This document shows, one piece after another, positions 1 to 12,317 of a stretch of 64,000 nt of DNA (within the stretch, counting starts at the first letter, position 1; each line of letters opens with the position of its first letter). A model generated the notes under the pieces. That model did no database searches. It saw only the letters and a program-made list of their open reading frames with translations, and was not told the origin of the DNA. A program made the position numbers and the translations under genes. The stretch covers positions 65,534,001 through 65,598,000 of the forward strand of contig OZ024740.1 in NCBI GenBank assembly GCA_964016885.1, given 5' to 3'. Source of the stretch: Eledone cirrhosa (lineage: Eukaryota).

Positions 1-67
1 CTTCTACCTAACTCGTCCCTTTGACTGAGTGCTCTACCACTACGGATATTACCTTCCAGTGTTTCAC

Positions 68-70
<3 letters not shown>
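1..70 (+). repeat. 3' tail of HHR repeat family J, ending in (TA)n
   Basis: cttctacc.aactcgtccc.t.gactgagtgctctaccactacggatattaccttccagt recurs at ~62024-62083, downstream of the HHR at 61957. Confidence 0.7.
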
Positions 71-120
<50 letters not shown>

Positions 121-148
121 ATCAAAAGATGGTTAAAAGAGTTCCATG

Positions 149-219
149 TATTTTATTATGCGCATTTCAAAAACAAATATCATCATGCAATAACATTTGT
201 GTTTTCATCAGATAAAATA
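149..219 (-). ncRNA. Type I hammerhead ribozyme (family A)
   Basis: Reverse complement of the 2311-2381 motif; core intact. Confidence 0.8.
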
Positions 220-595
220 GGAAGACATGATATGAAGGTTAAAAAAACACTTGTGAATAGTGCAGTTTTAAATCAACATATGAAAAGTAGTTTTAGATTG
301 ATGTGTGATATTGGGAAAAAATGTTGAGGGTGGAAAGGATGAAAAAATGTTGAGGTGGAAAGGATGAAAAAGAGGAGGAGATGAGAGTAAAAAGTGGAGA
401 GGGAGGAGTATAATGAGGAAGGATGAGATAGGAGGGGAGATGGGTGATAGAGAGAGAGAGATACCTTTTATAACTGAGAAAAACATATTGTTTTACATAG
501 AGAGGTTGAAAAACCGTTTGAAGATAATATATAAATTAAAAGAATTTGAAAATTAATGAAGAGAAAAACAATGTTAAGTTAAGGTTTGTATATTG

Positions 596-885
596 AAGGT
601 TTTAATAATATGTGCGATGAAAAGAAATTGTTAATATGTATTAAGAATAATATTTAAGGGTTTAATAATATGTGCGATGAAAAGAAATTGTTAATATGTG
701 TTAAGAATAATATTTAAGGGTTTAATAATATGTACGATGAAAAGAAATTGTTAATATGTATTAACAATAATATTTAAGGGTTTAATAATATGTGCGATGG
801 AAAGAAAATGTTAATATGTATTAAGAATAATATTCAAGGGTTTAATAATATGTGCGATGGAAAGAAAATGTTATATGTATTATTA
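596..885. repeat. 60-bp minisatellite (~5 units) in the left arm; ~4 inverted units at ~1731-1960
   Basis: Unit aagggtttaataatatgtgcgatgaaaagaaattgttaatatgtattaagaataatattt with period 60. Confidence 0.9.
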
Positions 886-2310
886 AAAAAAGCAATAGTA
901 ATGTAAGTAAGGATATATTGTGAAAAAAGTAGAAGATAGGATGAATAAGTTAGATGAGCATGAAAAGGGAGAAAAAAATAATGAATTGAGGATGAATAAT
1001 CTAGCGTCAAAAAAATGTTTATGTTTACGAAGGATTTTTTCAAGGTGATATAAAGTAAGAATATATTCTACTGTGTAATAATTGTTTCTATGTTAGGCAC
1101 AATGAGAAAATGTACAGATTAGGTGATAGAAATTAAAAGAAAAAGGAAAAGAAAAGGAAAAGGAAGAAAGGGAAGTGATAAATAGGAGTGATATAGAATG
1201 ACTAACTAGTATTATATAATGTATAATAAATAACTTTGGAATAAGGTAGAAAGATGGGTATATTTTTAAAGAAGTATATATATATATATGTGCCTTTGAG
1301 AAAAGGATTTTAAATCTCAAAGGCATGTATATATATATACTTCTTTAAAAATATACCCATCTTTCTACCTTATTTCAAAGTTATTTATTATACATTATAT
1401 AATACTAGTTACTCATTCTATATCACTCCTATTTATCACTTCCCTTTCTTCCTTTTCCTTTTCTTTTCCTTTTTCTTTTAATTTCTAACCCCTAATCTGT
1501 ACCTCTTCTCATTGTGCCTAACATAGAAACAATTATTACACAGTACAATATATTCTTACTGTATATCACCTTGAAAAAATCCTTCGTAAACGTAAACATT
1601 TTTTTGACGTTAGATTATTCATCCTCAATTCATTATTTTTTTCTCCCTTTTCATGCTCATCTAACTTATTCATCCTATCTTCTACTTTTTTCACAATATA
1701 TCCTTACTTACATTACTATTGCTTTTTTTAATAATACATATCAACATTTTCTTTCCATCGCACATATTTTTAAACCCTTAAATATTATTCTTAATACATA
1801 TTAACATTTTCTTTCCATCGCACATATTATTAAACGCTTAAATATTATTCTTAATACATATTAACAATTTCTTTTCATTGCACATATTATTAAACCCTTA
1901 AATATTATTCTTAATACATATTAACAATTTCTTTTCATCGCACATATTATTAAACCCTTCAATATACCAACCTTAACTTAACATTGTTTTCTCTTCGTTA
2001 ATTTTCAAATTCTTTTAATTTATATATTATCTTCCATGGTTTTTCAACCTCTCTATGTAATACAATATATTTTTCTCAGTTATAAAAGCTATCACTCTCT
2101 CTCTATCACCCATCTCTCCTCCTATCTCATTCTTCCTCATTATACTCCTCCCTCTCCACTTTTTACTCTCATCTCCTCCTCTTTTTCATCCTTTCCACCC
2201 CCCTCAATATTTTTTCCCAATATCACACATCAATCTAAAACTACTTTTCATATGTTGATTTAAAACTGCACTATTCACAAGTGTTTTTTAACCTTCATAT
2301 CATGTCTTCC

Positions 2311-2381
2311 TATTTTATCTGATGAAAACACAAATGTTATTGCATGATGATATTTGTTTTTGAAATGCGCATAATAAAATA
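2311..2381 (+). ncRNA. Type I hammerhead ribozyme with minimal palindromic helix III (family A)
   Basis: TATTTTAT-CTGATGA-[AAAC(A)CAAATGTTAT...ATGATATTTGTTTTT]-GAAA-TGCGCA-TA-ATAAAATA; 8-bp helix I. Confidence 0.85.
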
Positions 2382-2503
2382 CATGGAACCCTTTTAACCT
2401 CTTTTGATCTTATATATTATGTATATTCCAGTCCTACAAACTGTAGAGTGCTTCTTATCCGATATCTGGATTGCTTTATTGTACTACAATAAAACTCACC
2501 TCC

Positions 2504-2571
<68 letters not shown>

Positions 2572-2910
2572 GCGTGTTTTTACTTTATTGCTACGATTAC
2601 CTTCAATGATTTCAGATGGCAGGCTGAGGCTGAATGTATACATTAAGTGCATTTATAATATAGATTTCGGTTTAAGTGCATTTCGTATTAATCATTACTA
2701 AACATCTAATATGAGATATTGAATATCAGCTTAAATAATTATCGCGTCGTCTTGAGTTTGTTATGAGTCACTTTTTTTATAAAAGGATGCCACAGAGTGT
2801 ACGATAGATAATGATTACAATATTTTTGAGCAACAACGCTAGTCCCACACTTTTGAATGTTTATTATAACATTATGTGGCTCTTTTGAGCATGCGCACTT
2901 TTCAGGTCTA

Positions 2911-2959
<49 letters not shown>

Positions 2960-3181
2960 GATAAATCTACCAAAATATACGGTAGTGTCCAATTTCTGAA
3001 GACAGCATATATATGTGTATATTCCCTCTGTATATTCCCTCTGATAGTTTGTAAACATTTTACATAGATCTATATAATATACATACCAACACACACATAT
3101 ATATCCTAGAAACGATCGTAACATTATGAATTTTTTAATATAAGGAACTGTTTCTTTGTTTATATTCATTATATTGTAGTA

Positions 3182-3190
<9 letters not shown>
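2960..3190 (+). repeat. Family B fragment with a decayed HHR-like motif (long helix II insert)
   Basis: CTGAAGA-cagcatatatatgtgt...acacatatatatccta-GAAA-CGATCG-TA; related sequence at 15272-15460 (-), ~21645-21780 (+), ~27830-27960 (-), ~32450-32590 (+). Confidence 0.55.
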
Positions 3191-3225
<35 letters not shown>

Positions 3226-3231
<6 letters not shown>

Positions 3232-4327
3232 ATGCTTTGGGAGGGTCATGTTGCCAATAAGAAACACACGCACCAGTTGCTTTCACTTCAATTTATTATA
3301 ATAAATTTATAAATTTAGGAATTTATAAATTTCCGGTTGGTTGGTTGGTTTCACAACCAGATGGTTGTTTATATATTGTCAAAGTTCTTTCGTCACACAT
3401 TATGTGACCTCTTCAGTGACTGGGGATTATTTTCTTTGTTTTTTGTGCCTCTACTTTCTTCTGTCCTACGCCATCTTGGTTTTTGTGTGTGTGTTGTGTA
3501 CTTAGTTTGCGCATGTGTTACATCCGGGTGTCTGTGTGTGTTTATATTTGTTTATCTATTTGTTTACTTACATGTTACTCGTTGGTTGTTTGTTCTATGT
3601 GTGTGTTTTCAATTTGTCCTTAATTGTAAGTTGTGATGTTGCTATTCCATTCATGTTTTTATTTAATTTTGGTTGGAGTTCATTTATGTTTATTGCCTCT
3701 GTGATTTGTCTAAACATTGCACCTTTTCTGTGTGTAGATTCTATTTTTATTTCTATGTTTTATTTTATTTCTATGAATCTACACAAAGAAAAGACGCAAT
3801 GTTTAGACAAATCACAGAGACAATAAACATAAATGAACTCCAACCAAAATTAAATAGAAAACATGAATGGAATAGCAACATCACAACTTACAATTAAGGA
3901 CAAAATGAAAACACAGACACACATAGAACAAACAACAACCAGTAACATGTAAATAAAGAAATATAAACACACACAGACACCCGGATGTAACACATGCGCA
4001 ACTAAGCACACAACAAAAACAAGATGGCGTAGGATAGAACAAAGGAGAGGCACAAAAACAAAGAAAAGAATCCACAGTCACAGAAGAGGTCACAGAATGT
4101 GTGACGAAAGAACTTTGACAATATATGAACAATCGTCTACTTGTGGAAACAAACCAACCAACCGGAAATTTATAAGTTCCTAAATTTATGAATTTAATTT
4201 ATGATAAATTGAAGTGAAGCAACTGGTGCGTGTGTTTCTCATTGGCAACATGACCCTCCAAAAGCATAACCATATCGGTTTCAACACACGTCTTCAGATA
4301 AAGAATCTTGCTAAACAAATTCAGAAT
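3226..4327. mobile_element. Fold-back of a PLE 3' end (family C)
   Basis: Arms ~3226-3742 and ~3776-4275 are inverted; carry the GIY-YIG C-terminus (ESTQRKDAMFRQITETININELQPKLNRKHEW) and the 3' UTR also seen at 11.1-11.6 and 42.8-43.3 kb; (TA)n on both sides. Confidence 0.85.
3378..3420 (-). ncRNA. Minimal type I HHR (family C)
   Basis: GTCA-CTGAAGA-G-GTCAC ataatgt GTGAC-GAAA-GAAC-TT-TGAC; the mirror copy at 4077-4119 (+) has core CAGAAGA (U4A). Confidence 0.7.
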
Positions 4328-4871
4328 ATATATATATATATATATATATATAATAGATTAAACAAGTTGATAACACAACCTTAAAAGGCAACGAATAATT
4401 CGAAGCTGAAATCTGAGAAAAGTTAGTTACAGTTCAGTGTTCAATCCAATCAGTTAATTTCCAATCACAGTAGTTTCGCAATATCTCAGAGAATTTATAA
4501 AGTAATATATTAATCAGGATTAAATTATATTAAATAGTTTAATTTAATTTAATTTCAACCTTGTTATTTTATTCTTATATATATATATATATATATATAT
4601 ACCTAAAATTTAAGGACCAATAGTGACGATATCTCCAGATTTTAAAAGGGATCAAATTTGTGACCTATTGTTCTAGCTTTTAGACAAGGTTAATCCTATC
4701 GTTAAAAATATCTGCCGACTCGTCTAAGTGCCTGAATAATGGCTAAAAAATTTGATCTCTCTTGAAATCTGGATTTATGATCCTGGAAAAATGCACCTTG
4801 AAATATTAGGTAAAGCATTTGTTCCGTTAAGAACATAAACAATTACTATAATATATAATATATGATATATA

Positions 4872-4949
<78 letters not shown>

Positions 4950-4951
<2 letters not shown>

Positions 4952-5052
4952 GATATAATAGGTTGGGGACAAATAATGTTCTTCTTTTACTTCCTAGCTG
5001 TATATTCTAAGCATAATTTCAAACCCCGAGCAACGCCGGGTAAATCTGCTAG
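4950..5052 (+). mobile_element. Helitron 3' terminus (non-autonomous remnant)
   Basis: GC hairpin cccgagcaacgccggg followed ~8 nt later by CTAG|T. Confidence 0.55.
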
Positions 5053-8000
5053 TATTTACTATAAAACGAAATGACAGGAGGCCAAATTTGTTGAATTTCC
5101 TTAATTATTTATTTCTGCAGAAACTATGCACATTTCAGTGACCAGTTTGCGTAAAAACCCGCTGACATCTTCAGGTGTAAATTGCGTAATATATGTATAC
5201 CAACGGAATGATCGTAAACTTTAAGGAAACAAACAAAGAAAAAACAGAGAGGAACAAACAAGTGTGTTTAAGTTTTTGACTCAGAGACGACGAAGCAGCA
5301 TGTTGTTACAATGCCTCCCCGTCTCTGAGTGAAGGTATTTTTAATGAATATATCCTGCTTGTTTGCTAAGCGGATAGGTGTATGTATAGTCAACCTCTCA
5401 ACTTAAACAGCCTTCGGACAGCAGGTCAGAGAAGAGAGAAGGGCGAATAATATGGTGTTACAGAGAATGGTGAGCTGCCTGGGTCAAGCTAAGGTCCATG
5501 CACACATGGAAATCATACAACATACGTGGGTGGATGGGTCAGGAACATATCAAGTAAAGACAAATTCCGGTCAGAGATGTTTAGAAGTTAGAATTAGGGT
5601 TAATTTTAGCAATTGAAAATTAAAACTGAGTGTTTAAAAATGTATAATGTTTAATATAAATAAGTAGAGTTCGCAAAGTTGGTCGGTGAAGTACCGTATG
5701 CTATGCAATCACCAATTAGAAATACTAGTTTCATTAATGATTCTAATTATAGTATTGTGTAAATCAGGGACATAATAAACAAATAGCATAATGTTAGCTA
5801 AGCTAAGCTAATTTACCATCCGATCTGTATTCCTCTCATAGTTCAATGTTATATTACACTATGATAGTGGTACATTATGACAGTCAACAACAAATGAAGG
5901 TGCTGACACACACAGGGCCCACAGGTCCACTGACTGTACCGAGTATTACGGTAGACCGTAAAAAAATGGAATTTAATTTATTTCCAAGCACTCAAGGAGG
6001 TGGACGGACCCAGGTGCCCCGAGCGCAGGTAGAAGGGTCCCCATCACCCACCAATGTCGTAATATATGCTATGTATTCCTAGCTACCTATACTAGTGAAG
6101 TTAATGCTAAAGTCGAGAAGTATCAAAACTGAAGCAACGCAGGATTCAATGAGACAAGAAAACCTGTACACAATCCCTAGCTGCTCCAAGGTATCACGCA
6201 CCGGTCAGTCCCAAACTCACTCTGGATGTATTCTACATATATAAGGCACACACATTCAAACCAGGCTACCGCTATAATATGAAAACCCTATCGTATAATA
6301 TATATATCGAATGTATCCCAATGGGGATAATTATTCAAATAAATATACATATAATTAATGGTAAATATGCGAAAGAACATTTAATTAATGGAAAATATAA
6401 AGTGTCGGGGATATAGAAAGAAAAAGAATTTAGGTAAAGGATGAGTACAATGTCTATGCAAATCTAGTCGTAAGCATTTACAGATGGTAGTCATGAGGTA
6501 AAAAGTATATAAAATAAAAATAAAGATAAACACAAAAAATAAAAATATAAAATATAAGATATAGGAATAAAAAATAACAAATTGGGTGTAACAGATGAAT
6601 AAATTTATAAGCATGTTTATTTGTTTATTTGTTTACTATTTTACTATTTCCAACCAACAACAAAAGCACGACGAGGTACACTTATACACAATCTTAAACA
6701 TGCACTAGTAAAGTAATAGGAAACAATGAAAGCGTAAGTGAATATTGTAAATATTAAGAATATAACATACGTACGATTTGATACTTATTATCCGATACAT
6801 TTCTAGTGTATTGTTATAAAGAGACAAGAAGAACTACGTGAATAAATACTCAATTGGCTTTTGTATATTATATATATGATTAGGTGATATAACAACGCTG
6901 GGAAAACCTAACGGGAATGTTCTATGCAATACTAATTACAGCGAAGTGTAAACAAATATTATATAAGCATGTAAAATACAACATTTCAACGTCATAAACA
7001 AAGATGTGAAGTAGTAATAATGGAAAAGTAGCTCACTCGAAACAAAACATGAACCACTGGAATGTGTGAAGAACTCATATATTTCTAAGGTTTTAGAAGA
7101 AAAATAATACATTTCTAAAGTTTTAATAAAAAACAATAAAAAAAACATGTTAATGATCTTATAATATAGGCAGAACAATCTCACAAATAGCTCTCTCTAT
7201 TGTGAAGTTTCGGCTGTTAAACCTTTTAAGTAACATAAATGTTGTTCAACTAAAAACCATATCACAAAAGGACAGATGACCTTTTTCACGGATGATATAC
7301 AGTTTTACGTTGAAGTTAGTATAACAACGGGAATTACTACAACAGATAAAATACATACACAATAAAGGTTTCAGTATTAATCTCGGTTGAGAGTGGTGTA
7401 CCTTGGTAACCGTTGAATAAAGAAATTAACAATTATAATACAATTTTATATAAATAACACAGATAAGATTGTTAGACAAAATTCAAACTTTAGAAGTATA
7501 AATTAATAATCTAGAGAGAGTAAAATTAATGAAATTCTTCAGAATAGATATAATAGTCGCATTCAGTTAATACTAGAAACGGAGCTACACGGTAAAAATA
7601 AATGTGTTTATAGGAATCAATACAGCAGCTGCTTTAAGAATGGGATATATTGATATTATTCTCAATTGAATGTTAAGTGAATTCGCAAGGAAAAAGAGTA
7701 ATGCAAAACAAATATAATGACTTCATTCAAAGTGAAATTATGACCGCCGGGGCTATGGCAGAGCCCCACCGCGTATCATTCCATATTTAGTTGTGGACAA
7801 CGTGTGTGTGTTTGTATATATCGCTTTTGTTTTCATTCAGCATCATGTCATTCTTCATTGCTTTTCTCTACTAATGAATTATATTTGAAAACATAAAATA
7901 ATTTTCAGATAGATAGAAATTGTATGTGAAGGCAAAAGTGAGTCTAATACAAAAATAATACTCAAAATACGAGATTTGAAGATACCGTTAAAAGTATAGC

Positions 8001-8739
8001 ACGCTAAAACGTATTATAAAAAAGGGAAATAACTCAATATTGTAGATTTGAAATTGCAAAAAATGTGTATGCGTGTTAGTATTCGTGCGTTTTAGCAGAT
8101 ATATGGTATTATATATTGTTGTGTAATAGAGAGTTGTAATATGTATTAAGCTATGGAGTAGAAGGTGTACTATATTATGTGAGTATGGAAAAATAAAAAA
8201 AAATAAAAAATAAGAAAGTATATGAATCAAATTAAGATCGTTGAAAACCAGTTGAATTTGTTGAGTATTTCCACTTAGTAAGGTGGTGACTTTTGAGATG
8301 GGGGTATCTTCTGAAAATTTAGTTCTTTATGATAATTATTGTTCGCAGACTATTAACATTGTAATGTCTTAAATTTCTCACTAAATCAGGGATGACATCT
8401 CTTGACACAATTGGCGTAATTTAATTGCCAGGCTCATGCTGATTCACATATCAGTATTCCTGAATGAGTGGGGATGCGAGTAAACACGTTGTTTAAAACG
8501 ATCTTGCATCATACCGACATATCCTTCGCTAAATTACAATCTGAAGATATAGTTTAATATTTGGTCTTGAAACCTTACGTAGCGTTTTTCTTCTGTTCAT
8601 CAACATGAATAAATAATCTAACATAACAGCACTTTTCCCCAATTGCGGCAGTTTTCCTTTCTCCTTTTTCACACAGACGGATGTTTTCTAGACAAACACA
8701 CGCACACACATACCCATGTACACACGCCGCGCGCACATA

Positions 8740-8876
<137 letters not shown>

Positions 8877-9422
8877 GACCAGAAGGAAATGATGAATCAA
8901 TTATGACAGATTTTAATGTATTGAAAGGATTTGAGAATATAAAAGCATGGGTACAGAAAGCAAGGCTCCGGGGATAGAAAATTCTACTTATAATATTTTC
9001 AGAGAAGTGTCTGATGAAAAAGAGAAATGAGAAAGAAACGCGTTGAAAAATCTCAGAAATTTTCACTCAGGCTCAAGATATGCAATACCTTCATGAAGTA
9101 GCAGATATTCAATACGACAGTGAAATACAAAACAGAAAAAAATATTATATATATCCAAAACAATCTAAGCTAGTTTGCTTTCATATTCTCACCACCAAAT
9201 GTAACTATCTTTATTCACATAATAATATCTAATGGGATCCATGGAAATTTTACGTTTTGTTGTATTCTTATTTCTATTTTGATGTATAAACGAATGGATA
9301 CTCATAATACTGTTACATTCCATTAAACGGCTTCATTATATCTACGATAATGTTCCATAATAATAGTACCTTAATGCTTAAAATTTGAATATATTTACTC
9401 ATATTTTCGATTTTGCTTCATG

Positions 9423-9642
9423 ATTTCATACTGCAGTTAAGGATATAAAATGTGTAAGGCTTCGCATTTCATACTGCAGTTAAGGATATAAAATGTGTAA
9501 GGCTTCGCATTTCATACTGCAGTTAAGGATATAAAATGTGTAAGGCTTCGCATTTCATACTGCAGTTAAGGATATAAAATGTGTAAGGCTTCGCATTTCA
9601 TACTGCAGTTAAGGATATAAAATGTGTAAGGCTTCGCATTTC
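9423..9642. repeat. 43-bp tandem repeat, 5 identical copies plus 5 nt
   Basis: atttcatactgcagttaaggatataaaatgtgtaaggcttcgc at 9423, 9466, 9509, 9552, 9595. Confidence 0.95.
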
Positions 9643-9949
9643 TGTTGCATATACAGCGATTTAGTTGCATAGTAAAGTTTATTGCAATGATTAGTCAAGA
9701 ACTAGTTGTATTATATTTACAAGTGCGGTAGATTGGCAGTATCGGTAGGGTGCTGGAAAATATGCTTTGCGACATACAGTTACTCTCCTATACATTTCGA
9801 GTTCAAATACCGCAGAGAATAGTTTTGCATTTCATCCTTGCGGGTTCGATAAAATAAAGCACTAGTAACAGACTTGTGTCGATTCACTCGGCTTTCCCCT
9901 GCTCCAAAATTGTTGGATCTGTTGCAGGGCATCCGACTCGAAATGTGCC

Positions 9950-10580
9950 GGCATATATGGAGAACGTCACTGAGCTGGTAGGCTACTTTAGAGGAATATA
10001 AAATGTTTACGGGAGCAAAGATCAACGTTTATAAGTCATTGAGTCGGCAACTTGTTATCTGGCGAGACATAATGATGCCATTCAACAGAGTCATGGGAAG
10101 CAGGACGGACGGATTTGTCAAGGTGTTTGGTATCTGGTTTGGTCCAGACCACCAGTTGCCTCGGAACTGGGACGTATTATCGATAACGGTGGTTATCATA
10201 ACACAAAAATGTGCCAAGCTGAAGCCACACCTGAAAGATCAAGCCGAAGAAGCTATCCATGAAAGGTCGAGTGGAGGTTGCGAACGTGTACATTGCATTC
10301 GACGTATATTGCCGCCTGACCGTTGAGCCTTGCACTATTCCTTTCCTCACTATATTAGACTGCGTGATATTTCACTTGTGCAAGCGTTAGATTCCACTGA
10401 TCAGGTGGTTCCTCTGCTATCAAAGCCCTCTATATGGTGGGCTTGGAATACCATGGTTGTTGATGTGCAAGCTTGCGCTAAGGTTCCATCAGCTCTAGAC
10501 ATACCCAAATGGTGAGTAGGTGTGGTCAGCTTTAGTCAAGTGAAGAAAAAGACTAGGCGCCAGGCATCTAGAGTGTTCTA
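9950..10580 (+). pseudogene. Decayed L1/Tx1 ORF2 fragment (post-RT region)
   Basis: FTGAKINVYKS..QLVIWR..MP...GFVKVFGIWFGPDHQLPRNW matches YTGAKLNRDKS..QLGSWRGKPMP..GPVKLLGVCICSDLQVEKNW at ~53500-53680. Confidence 0.75.
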
Positions 10581-10793
10581 TTTAATTGTAAAAGACTATT
10601 TACAGTTTATAATTCAATATATAATATTCTCGGCACCATACGATACGTTGAACTAATTTTAGTCCCATAAAACCGGCTGCTATTTTTAGCGGTACGAGTA
10701 TGGGACGGGTTAGGCGCTGTGACACATGTGCGTTCAACAACACATATCTCTCAGTCTTCTTAAGCATTTTGAAGTGAAATGCACCAATTTCAG

Positions 10794-10873
10794 GATACCT
10801 GCAGAAGAGCACAGGAATAGTGATTTTCACTTAATAATTGTTGCGAAACAAATTTAGAATTTGTCCTGGTATC
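10794..10873 (+). ncRNA. Decayed type I HHR (related to the 538-bp family)
   Basis: GATACCTG-CAGAAGA-GCA...TTGC-GAA-ACAAAT ttaga ATTTGT-C-CTGGTATC; core U4A; downstream sequence resembles 20545-20650. Confidence 0.55.
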
Positions 10874-11042
10874 ACGGCCATTGGCAATGTAGGTTTGTTA
10901 TTTTTATTGATTTAATATTTTAAATCGAGACAGGCAAACCATACTATTTTAAATTAGTATTTTTCAACCTAACTAACTTGGTCATTTGCAATTCGAACAA
11001 ATGTACACTTGTATCAGTGTTCATTCCTCTCATATATTCATT

Positions 11043-11103
<61 letters not shown>

Positions 11104-11257
11104 ATGCTTTGGGAGGGTCATGTTGACAATAAGAAACACACGCACCAGTTGCTTTCACTTCAATTTATTATATATTTATAAATTTACAAATTTATATATT
11201 TATAAATTTCTGGTTGGTTGGTTGGTTGGTTCCACAACAAGATAGTTGTTTATATAT

Positions 11258-11302
11258 AGTCATAGTCCTTTCGTCACACACTCTGTGACCTCTTCAGTGA
11301 CT
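11258..11302 (-). ncRNA. Minimal type I HHR (family C), intact core
   Basis: AGTCA-CTGAAGA-G-GTCAC agagtgt GTGAC-GAAA-GGAC-TA-TGACT. Confidence 0.8.
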
Positions 11303-11512
11303 GGGGATTCCTTTCTTTGTTTCTGTGCCTCTCCTTTGTTCTGTCCTACGCCATTTTGTTTCTGTGTGTGTGTTGTGTGCTCAGTTTGCGCATGCGCCAC
11401 ATCCGGGTGTCTGTGTGTGTTTATGTTCATTTATCTATTTGTTTATATTTATTTATTTACATGTTATTGGTTGGTTGTTTGTTCTATGTGTGTGTGTGTT
11501 TTCATTTTGTCC

Positions 11513-11944
11513 TTAATTGTAAGTTGTGATGTTGCTGTTCCGCTCATATTTTCTATTTAATTTTGGTTGTAATTCTTTTATGTTTATTGCCTCTGTAATT
11601 TGTCTAAACATTGCATCTTTTCTGTGTGTAGATTCTATTTTTATTTCTATGTTCTCTAATTTACCCTTGTGTTCTATCTTAGCATGTTGGTAGAGTACTG
11701 ATGATTCTTTATTATCTTGAAGGTCTCGCCAGTGTTCATTTATCCGTTCCCCTATACTACGAGCTGTCTCACCTATGTACACTATATTTTTGTTTCTACA
11801 TTGTCCTTCAGTACATCTTATGCTATTCACTACATTTCTAGTTTTACAGTTAATATGGGGGCTTATTTTACAGGTTATACATTTCTTATCTATACATGAA
11901 CGTCTTTGAAAAGGGTATGTCTTGCTAATAAGTGTTTTTACGGA
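11513..11944 (-). pseudogene. PLE GIY-YIG endonuclease domain fragment
   Basis: CIDKKCITC..NCKTRNVVNSIRC..C..VYIGETARSIGERINEH..FRQITEAINI..PKLNRK. Confidence 0.9.
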
Positions 11945-12128
11945 GGAACCAACCAACCAGAAATTTATAAATTCATAAATTTGTAAATTTATAAATATAT
12001 AATAAATTGAAGTGAAAGCACCTGGTGCGTGTGTCTCTTATTGGCAACATGACCCTCCCAAAGTATAACAATATCGGTTTCAACACACGATTTCAGATAA
12101 AGAATCTTGCTAAACAAATTCAGAAACG

Positions 12129-12225
<97 letters not shown>

Positions 12226-12258
12226 CTTGTTGAATCCTAACAAATTAAATATAACCTC

Positions 12259-12315
<57 letters not shown>

Positions 12316-12317
<2 letters not shown>

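Larger units (their letters stand above)
113..2506. mobile_element. Fold-back non-coding element (family A), PLE-pLTR/retrozyme-like, flanked by (TA)n
   Basis: Arms ~113-1301 and ~1315-2416 are reverse complements (centre tgcctttgaga-13 nt-tctcaaaggca); right arm runs ~90 nt further to ctcctaca(TA)n; one HHR in each arm. Confidence 0.85.
11098..12131 (-). mobile_element. 5'-truncated PLE (family C) with an inverted 3'-terminal copy at ~11945-12131
   Basis: GIY-YIG ORF end, 3' UTR with HHR, inverted terminal segment; (TA)n flanks. Confidence 0.9.

Noticed and set aside
268-2263. Paired similar ORFs on opposite strands (e.g. 268-486 and 2036-2263)
   Set aside because: By-product of the non-coding palindrome; low complexity, no domain
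8880-8990. Possible CR1/L2 C-terminal remnant (FNVLKGFENI..RLRG)
   Set aside because: Too short and diverged to support
9006-9050. CTGATGA...GAAACGCGTT hammerhead-like words
   Set aside because: Neither helix I nor helix II can pair
9423-9642. CRISPR-like array
   Set aside because: No spacers, no cas genes, eukaryotic context
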